Shown one piece after another: positions 1 through 5,654 of a stretch of DNA of 26,890 nt (position 1 is its first letter; every line of letters begins with the position of its first letter). Source of the DNA: an uncultured Clostridia bacterium (GTDB lineage Bacteria > Bacillota > Clostridia > Oscillospirales > Acutalibacteraceae); the NCBI GenBank assembly GCA_947623215.1, contig CANQGN010000001.1:1-26890 (forward strand). The letters are read 5' to 3'. A program made the translations under genes and the position numbers. Under the pieces are notes generated by a model that saw only the letters and a list, made by a program, of their open reading frames with translations, made no database searches and was not told the origin of the DNA.

Positions 1-56
1 AGCAGGCGCGGCGGGCACTCCCCCAAAAACACGTTGTACCCTGATTGTATTGCCTA
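1..56. mobile_element. Right end of a second MITE copy (continues upstream of window)
   Basis: TTGTACCCTGATTGTATTGCCTA at 34-56 is identical to the right TIR at 1974-1996. Confidence 0.75.
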
Positions 57-575
57 CTCTCTGACAAAGAGCCGCTGGAGGATATAGCCGTATCGCACGT
101 GCGGGGCGGCTGCTCGTATTTGGCGGTACAGCTGGAGATAACGCCCTATTTGCGCACCGAACCGCGCTACCACACGCCGGACTATTTTGGCGCGGGCAAC
201 ATACGCCGGGTGCGGCTAAGCGATTTTTGCGTATATCACCGCCTGCTCTACGGCCTGCCGCGCGACAATTGGCAGGATTATTGCCGGGGCCGGTACGTAA
301 ACGGCCTCATTGATTTGGAGCACTCCATAGAAGATTTAACCATAGAGAATTTTAGGCGGGACGTTTCAAAAGACTGCTGGCCGGACATGCCCACGCTGCA
401 TATTGAAACCCTGCGCCAAAACCGCCTGACCTACCAGGCGGGAGCGGGCGGCGCCCTTTCGCTGAGCGGCGGAGGGCGGGAGCGACCCGCCGATTTTGCC
501 TATACCATGACCCCGAACGATACGCTGGATGCCTGGGGCAGTATAAAAGCCCTGCACTTCACCACCGAAGCATAA
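45..575 (+). pseudogene. 3' remnant of a gene cut by the MITE; possibly the C-terminus of a right-handed beta-helix (pectin-lyase fold/GH28-like) protein
   Basis: The TTG start lies inside the TIR, directly after an in-frame TGA, with no RBS. Spaced motifs DIAVSHV, NIRRVRL and SIEDLTIENF resemble beta-helix rungs (inference only). Confidence 0.45.
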
Positions 576-698
576 AGCGGCCCTGTACGCGGCGAACCGT
601 TCACAAAAATCGGTGCAGCGAGGGGAAAACGGTTTTATTGTTTCGGCATATCCAATTGACGAGACGATAGCATATAAGCTTATCAGGAGGTATAAGAA

Positions 699-1037
699 AT
701 GAACGGCGCAAAGAGAATTGTAAAAATTCAGCTCGATTATTTACAAGGTCCTATTTGGATTAGTGACATCGAAACCGGAGAATCTTTAATGGGCATTGAA
801 CTGATCGATCATGATCTTATATTAAAAGAACTCAATAGACAAGCTGGGCAGTTGTTTAGCTCATATTATGAGTTTAATTCTCACGATCAACCGTGTTGGT
901 TTAATCATGAGCAAGAGAAAAAAGATAAGGATATTATGCTTGAATTGATCCGAAAAATTGTTGCCCGGCTTGACGAGATCAATGACGGTTCGTTCATTGT
1001 GGAAGACTACGAAACGGAGCGACTGAACGGCTTATAA
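699..1037 (+). CDS. Small acidic hypothetical protein, immunity-protein-like (112 aa)
   Basis: AGGAGG RBS at 685-690, AT-rich, first gene of a coupled array with a toxin fragment. The immunity role is inferred from size and context. Confidence 0.6.
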   Translation: MNGAKRIVKIQLDYLQGPIWISDIETGESLMGIELIDHDLILKELNRQAGQLFSSYYEFNSHDQPCWFNHEQEKKDKDIMLELIRKIVARLDEINDGSFIVEDYETERLNGL

Positions 1038-1267
1038 TGCGATTTGCTGAACCGGTTGGGAATGAGCCAGTACGTTTGATTTCATGCGAAACAGGTAAAG
1101 AAGTAAACGGCTTTGCGCAAAATTTAGCAAATAAATTAGGTCGAAAAGTTACCGCACCAAGTGATACAGTTTGGATTCATCCAAATGGCAGAATTACTAT
1201 CGGACCTAACGCAAGAACAGATACTGGAAAATGGATTTCCTATTTTCCCAAGAAAACGAGGGAATGA
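1037..1267 (+). pseudogene. Orphan C-terminal fragment of a polymorphic-toxin cysteine-peptidase-like (C80/caspase-like) domain
   Basis: VRLISCETG...FAQNLANKLG.KV.AP.DTVWIHPNG matches the pattern seen at Rhs-type toxin C-termini. The upstream His-Gly half of the domain is missing. TAATG overlap with the previous gene. Confidence 0.55.
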
Positions 1268-1269
1268 TT

Positions 1270-1653
1270 ATGAACTTAATAAGTACTGGTTACTTTAGGG
1301 AAATGCCTGACGGTAGACCTGACGATTTGTCAATAAAAGATTTTATCAATAAGAATACTGATTACCCTATTGATAAAATATGCGCTTACTTGGATAGCGG
1401 ACTTCCCCTTATCGTCTCGCCCGGAGTTGTTCGGGATGTTATCGACGAAAGCAAAGGAAATGCAGGATCACCGTCTATTCTTACTGACGGAAAGTGGGCA
1501 TGGTCGGAAGCGTTATCGTATTATGTAAAGAATTATCACCTTTTGCTGAATTCGCATTTTCTAAATACAATGATAGAAAATGGTTGGAAGATTCCTATTC
1601 GTGAAAATGAACTGGATTATTCAACAATTTTTATTGACGGAGTTCCGCTTTGA
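1270..1653 (+). CDS. Putative immunity protein for the upstream toxin fragment
   Basis: GAGGGA RBS at 1258-1263 (alternative ATG at 1264 overlapping the previous stop). The YLDSG...DV...TDGKWAW...L.YYV.NY pattern is typical of small toxin-adjacent proteins. Confidence 0.6.
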   Translation: MNLISTGYFREMPDGRPDDLSIKDFINKNTDYPIDKICAYLDSGLPLIVSPGVVRDVIDESKGNAGSPSILTDGKWAWSEALSYYVKNYHLLLNSHFLNTMIENGWKIPIRENELDYSTIFIDGVPL

Positions 1654-1719
1654 TACCAAACTGATTGGTAAAAATGGTAATGAAATCAGTGCAAATGTCG
1701 TTGTTGTTATTCAAAAGGA
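1654..1719 (+). pseudogene. Short remnant of another toxin-like domain (TKLIGKNGNEISANVVVVIQKD), cut at the MITE left end
   Basis: Reads in the 1580-1801 frame and is AT-rich like the array. The resemblance to phage MuF-type toxin tails is from recall. Confidence 0.35.
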
Positions 1720-1996
1720 TAGGCAATACAATCAGGGTACAATGCGCCTGACGCGGCGCGATTTCCCGATAGGCTTTGTTGTCGGCCTTGAAATACGTTA
1801 GTATTCCTGCGGCCTGCCGCCTTGCAAAGTCAAAAAATCGCGCACGCGGCAGGTCGAAGATTTTTGGGGAGAGCGCCCGTCGATGACTGCTAGGCGTGCG
1901 CTTGCAGCCATACTTGCCGTATGGCAAAAGCACAGAACGAAGCAGGCGCGGCGGGCACTCCCCCAAAAACACGTTGTACCCTGATTGTATTGCCTA
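1720..1996. mobile_element. MITE-like non-autonomous element, 277 bp including flanking TA
   Basis: Perfect 23-bp inverted repeats TAGGCAATACAATCAGGGTACAA (1720-1742) / TTGTACCCTGATTGTATTGCCTA (1974-1996). No transposase. Internal stems 1813-1820/1846-1853 and a long imperfect hairpin 1861-1969. Confidence 0.8.
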
Positions 1997-2574
1997 CTCT
2001 CTGACAAAGAGCCGCTGGAGGATATAGCCGTATCGCACGTGCGGGGCGGCTGCTCGTATTTGGCGGTACAGCTGGAGATAACGCCCTATTTGCGCACCGA
2101 ACCGCGCTACCACACGCCGGACTATTTTGGCGCGGGCAACATACGCCGGGTGCGGCTAAGCGATTTTTGCGTATATCACCGCCTGCTCTACGGCCTGCCG
2201 CGCGACAATTGGCAGGATTATTGCCGGGGCCGGTACGTAAACGGCCTCATTGATTTGGAGCACTCCATAGAAGATTTAACCATAGAGAATTTTAGGCGGG
2301 ACGTTTCAAAAGACTGCTGGCCGGACATGCCCACGCTGCATATTGAAACCCTGCGCCAAAACCGCCTGACCTACCAGGCGGGAGCGGGCGGCGCCCTTTC
2401 GCTGAGCGGCGGAGGGCGGGAGCGACCCGCCGATTTTGCCTATACCATGACCCCGAACGATACGCTGGATGCCTGGGGCAGTATAAAAGCCCTGCACTTC
2501 ACCACCGAAGCATAAAGCGGCCCTGTACGCGGCGAACCGTTCACAAAAATCGGTGCAGCGAGGGGAAAACGGTT
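1941..2574. repeat. Direct repeat copy 2, identical to 1-634
   Basis: Exact match at offset 1940. Confidence 0.97.
1985..2515 (+). pseudogene. Second identical copy of the truncated 176-codon ORF
   Basis: Translation identical to 45-575; the start lies within the TIR. Confidence 0.45.
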
Positions 2575-2756
2575 GCAAGCAATCCTGCACAGCTTTGCTG
2601 ATTTGGAAGCGGCGTATGCCGATTACAAAGAAAGAGCAAACCCACTACACCAATACATGCAGCGGCAATGGAGCTTTGTCGCCGGGATAGCGGAACCTTT
2701 TTACGAAATGAAATGGGTTGAAACGTGAGGGGAATAGTATCTTGTGGCTTAGATGT

Positions 2757-2791
2757 GCCCGAAAACCCGCATGAATGCCGGGCTTTCGGGC
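2757..2791. other. Imperfect palindrome GCCCGAAAACCCG-CATGAATGC-CGGGCTTTCGGGC
   Basis: 12/13 arm match, at the left edge of the XRE-ImmA module. Function unknown (terminator or element-end motif). Confidence 0.5.
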
Positions 2792-2905
2792 GATTTATTT
2801 TTTTGGAATTATTTCGCAATATATGTTCGAAATATATCTCAGTAAAACAAAAATGCTTCGACTTTAACTCCTTCAAAAAATTGAGTAATTTTTTGGCAAT
2901 TAGAC

Positions 2906-2934
2906 TTGACAAACTGGCAATTATCTGATATATT
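2906..2934 (+). promoter_or_regulatory. Sigma-A promoter (extended -10) for XRE-ImmA with tandem operator-like repeats
   Basis: TTGACA 2906-2911, 17-bp spacer, TG-n-TATATT 2926-2934. TGGCAATTA is repeated at 2894-2902 and 2915-2923. Confidence 0.8.
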
Positions 2935-2978
2935 TATGGTTGGATACCAAAAATGATAGCGCTTTAAGGAGGATTACT

Positions 2979-3290
2979 ATGGGAAAGGATTTAGGTTTGC
3001 GAATATCTGAATCTTTGCAAAAACGCGGAATGACACAAAAAGAATTGGCTGGACGAATTGGACTAACAGAAGCTGTCATATCCAGATATATCTCCGGGGA
3101 TCGAGAACCAAAGCCCGATGTATTAGCGAATATTGCCACTGCCCTTCACACTACATCGGACTATTTACTCGGTATTGAAAGTGAAGCTTTCAATCATTCT
3201 AAAATCCGGCGTTTAATTGCAAGAAATGCTTCGTCAATGACCGAACAGGAAAAAAAAGAGTTGATTAATGCATTGTTTGGGGAGGAGTAA
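2979..3290 (+). CDS. XRE-family HTH transcriptional repressor (ImmR-like)
   Basis: AAGGAGG RBS at 2966-2972 favours ATG 2979. HTH signature MTQKELAGRIGLTEAVISRYISGDREP. Confidence 0.92.
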   Translation: MGKDLGLRISESLQKRGMTQKELAGRIGLTEAVISRYISGDREPKPDVLANIATALHTTSDYLLGIESEAFNHSKIRRLIARNASSMTEQEKKELINALFGEE

Positions 3291-3292
3291 AA

Positions 3293-3841
3293 TTGGGGAT
3301 TTCTATATCACATACACGATATGAAGAAATAAAGCAAATCGTAGTCAATTTGTTTGTTAAGTTCGGGGTTTGCTGCGTGCCGGTCAATGGGTTTGAACTG
3401 GCAACAAAAATGGGAGTTAAGATTGTTCCATACTCAGCAATTCCTGAAAGCAAGCAATGGCTTTTATTAAAAAAGAGCAACGACGGTTTTTCAGTGGAGA
3501 AAAATATGGGTGAATGGTACATTTACTATAACGATAGGAAAGATTATGGCCGAATCAACAATACCATTATGCATGAAATTGGTCATATTGTTTTGGATCA
3601 TAGTGAAGATAGTGAACTAGCTGAAAAGGAGGTTAATTTTTTTGCAAAGTACGCACTTGTTCCTCCTATCCTTGTTCATAAATTGAAAATAGACAACCCA
3701 ACAGATATAGCAGAAATCTTTGGCGTAAGCTTTGAGGCAGCTTGTTATGCACATTCCTACTATAAGAAGTGGCTACAGTATGGCTCGCCAAAGTATACAG
3801 ATTATGAGATCGTTCTGCTAAATCTGTTCGATGTTGCCTAA
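3293..3841 (+). CDS. ImmA/IrrE-family zinc metallopeptidase (DUF955)
   Basis: HEIGH (HExxH) followed by EKEVNFFA; lies directly downstream of an XRE gene. Confidence 0.92.
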   Translation: MGISISHTRYEEIKQIVVNLFVKFGVCCVPVNGFELATKMGVKIVPYSAIPESKQWLLLKKSNDGFSVEKNMGEWYIYYNDRKDYGRINNTIMHEIGHIVLDHSEDSELAEKEVNFFAKYALVPPILVHKLKIDNPTDIAEIFGVSFEAACYAHSYYKKWLQYGSPKYTDYEIVLLNLFDVA

Positions 3842-3875
3842 TAAAAGGAAGGTGATGAAAATTGATTGTTTTTTA

Positions 3876-3923
3876 GAAAAAGAAAAACGCCTTACAAATT
3901 GTTAGCAGCAATTTATAAAGCGC
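3876..3923 (-). terminator. Putative intrinsic terminator on the minus (antisense) strand
   Basis: On the minus strand a ~15-bp stem (two mismatches of the plus-strand fold become G-U pairs) is followed by TTTTTCTTTTT. Confidence 0.6.
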
Positions 3924-3924
3924 A

Positions 3925-3989
3925 TTTCTTCGGATGCGAGCATCCTATTAAGTGGTACTAATATTATGCCACATCCGAGGAAGTTTTTC
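3925..3989 (+). terminator. Putative plus-strand terminator/attenuator hairpin
   Basis: TTCTTCGGATG (3926-3936) pairs with CATCCGAGGAA (3972-3982) with one G-U, plus inner GCAT/ATGC and TATTA/TAATA pairs, followed by T6. Confidence 0.5.
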
Positions 3990-4035
3990 AAGAGATTTTT
4001 AAAAAAATATTAACTTTATAGGAGAGCATAATATT

Positions 4036-4704
4036 ATGTCTAAAGTAAATTGCACTCGAAGTGGGTGCAAAGACGTTTTTCACGCATTTTTAGTAAAAAA
4101 TGCGCAGTTCGACGCCGATCTTGAAATTCCCCGAATCGATCCCGAAAGCGCCCTGCCCGAGCGGCTCGTCTCTTTCTCGAAAGCGGTTATGGGAAGCGAC
4201 TACGATCAGTGGGTACATTTTTACGAGGACGATGCCAACTTTGAACGCTTGTGGAACAAGCCGAACAAGTATCTGCCAATCCTCCAAAAGTACAAGGGTG
4301 TTATCACCCCGGATTTCAGTTTGTACCGTGATATGCCGCTCGTGATGCAGCAGTGGAACACATACCGAAGCCGGGCAATCGGTCATTGGCTGCAGGAAAA
4401 CGGCGTTCCGGTCATCGTAAATGTTCGGTGGAGTGACGAACGCACCTACGACCTTTGCTGTGCGGGCGTTCCAAGAAAAAGCACCATCGCAGTCGGCTCA
4501 CACGGTTGTGTCAAGCTCGTCCGTGAACGGGAGTTCTTCAAGCAAGGACTTGACTATACGGTAAAGAAACTCCGACCGCAGACGATTCTCGTTTACGGTA
4601 CCGCTCCGGATGCCATTTTTGACGAGTACCGTAAAGCGGGAATTCGTATCATTCAGTTTGACAGCGACTATATGATCGCTCACCGAAAGGCGGTGAACGT
4701 TTAA
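4036..4704 (+). CDS. DUF4417 domain-containing protein
   Basis: Motifs VHFYEDD..FER.WN.P, ITPDFSLYRDMP..MQ.WN.YRSRAIG...Q.NG..VI.NVRW and IAVGSHG...ILVYG, recognised as DUF4417 from recall. GGAG RBS. Confidence 0.85.
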   Translation: MSKVNCTRSGCKDVFHAFLVKNAQFDADLEIPRIDPESALPERLVSFSKAVMGSDYDQWVHFYEDDANFERLWNKPNKYLPILQKYKGVITPDFSLYRDMPLVMQQWNTYRSRAIGHWLQENGVPVIVNVRWSDERTYDLCCAGVPRKSTIAVGSHGCVKLVREREFFKQGLDYTVKKLRPQTILVYGTAPDAIFDEYRKAGIRIIQFDSDYMIAHRKAVNV

Positions 4705-5078
4705 TGGGGACTGGATTTCATGGAGGATTTGGAAACGGTACGAAAGGTGCTCAACAGCAGAGTGAAGAAAAACAATCCTTACCTAAAAACGATGCCCAGA
4801 TTAAACATATTTTCTCCGGAAAAGACGGGCACCTAACCGACACACCTGCTAATCGAAAGTTGCTTACTAATCTTGCAAACGATAGTAGTAAGTTTATTGG
4901 GAAAGACAAATACGGAAATTCTTGGAACGCAGAATTAAATAATGATGGTTCTCAAAGCTGGGTCAGGTACCAAAATGGAACAATCAACGAGGGCGGCAGA
5001 AATACATCTCCACGACCTTGGAACAGTGAAACAGGCTTAAACAACAACCCTGTAAAACGGAGGAGAAAGATGAAATGA
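4704..5078 (+). CDS. Small putative toxin: Gly-rich leader (MGTGFHGGFGNGTKG) plus polymorphic-toxin-like C-terminal domain
   Basis: TAATG coupling to DUF4417. The pattern KHIF..KDGHL.DTPANRKLL...AN...G.DKYGN.W...DGSQ.WV...NG.I..GG.N..PR.WN..TG resembles toxin tips of Rhs/haemagglutinin proteins (recall). Confidence 0.65.
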   Translation: MGTGFHGGFGNGTKGAQQQSEEKQSLPKNDAQIKHIFSGKDGHLTDTPANRKLLTNLANDSSKFIGKDKYGNSWNAELNNDGSQSWVRYQNGTINEGGRNTSPRPWNSETGLNNNPVKRRRKMK

Positions 5079-5413
5079 ATCAATTCGAATTATACTGTAT
5101 GATTTTTTATGTTCTTGATGCAGAGTGGGATGAAACGCATAACTCTGAACTTGGGGAATTTTTAAGCAGTGCTAACCCATTTTTGTTTACCGATATCGGT
5201 TCTGCTAATCCAACTGTTTACCTTCGTTTTTGCGAAGCGATCACTTCGCCAATCACGATTGAAAACAGCTATGGGATTGCTGTAAAATATGTAGCTTCGC
5301 TGGAGAATGCAGCGGTCAGCAAAGCGTTTGCAAGCATTGACGAAACGGAATGGCTGGCGTGCGTAAAAGATTATCTCTCCGGCGAACATAAGGGAAGTGA
5401 CTTGCCGGACTGA
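5075..5413 (+). CDS. Putative cognate immunity protein (112 aa, acidic)
   Basis: ATGA overlap with the toxin gene, last gene of the operon, no catalytic motif seen. Confidence 0.6.
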   Translation: MNQFELYCMIFYVLDAEWDETHNSELGEFLSSANPFLFTDIGSANPTVYLRFCEAITSPITIENSYGIAVKYVASLENAAVSKAFASIDETEWLACVKDYLSGEHKGSDLPD

Positions 5414-5525
5414 ATTGTAAAATGCAAACCACTCGGCACCACTCATTTTGCGATAATTGCAATGCTTTTCGCCATAGAAAATCGGATGAAGAAAATAACA
5501 CAAAGAAAAGCTGGTGTAAAAGCGC

Positions 5526-5554
5526 TTGTTTTTGCGGCAACTTGAAGCTATAAT
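5526..5554 (+). promoter_or_regulatory. Sigma-A promoter of the xylose operon
   Basis: TTGTTT 5526-5531, 17 bp, TATAAT 5549-5554. Confidence 0.65.
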
Positions 5555-5654
5555 AGAAAATGAGGAATTCTAAAAAACCGAAAAGACTCCCAACGGTTTC
5601 CCTATTCCCAAACCGGCCGGGCGAATACGGCCGGGCGAAAAGGAGCGGTTTACA

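Larger units (their letters stand above)
1..634. repeat. Direct repeat copy 1 (left end outside window), identical to 1941-2574
   Basis: Line-by-line comparison shows no mismatch over 634 bp. Both copies end at ...GGGGAAAACGGTT and then diverge (TTATTG vs GCAAGC). Confidence 0.97.

Noticed and set aside
650-690. Promoter for the 699-1653 array at TTGACG 656-661
   Set aside because: No acceptable -10 hexamer at 16-18 bp spacing.
3855-3905. 16-codon ORF MKIDCFLEKEKRLTNC after AAGGAAGGTG as a type I toxin
   Set aside because: Not hydrophobic and the RBS spacing is poor. It could be a leader peptide, but nothing supports this.
635-5460. Calling the left block an ICE or prophage
   Set aside because: No integrase, relaxase, transfer or virion gene, and no clear att direct repeats within the window.
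5614-5639. CGGCCGGGCGAA repeated twice in the xylose operon leader
   Set aside because: Only two short GC-rich copies, and it matches no XylR or cre consensus I can support.
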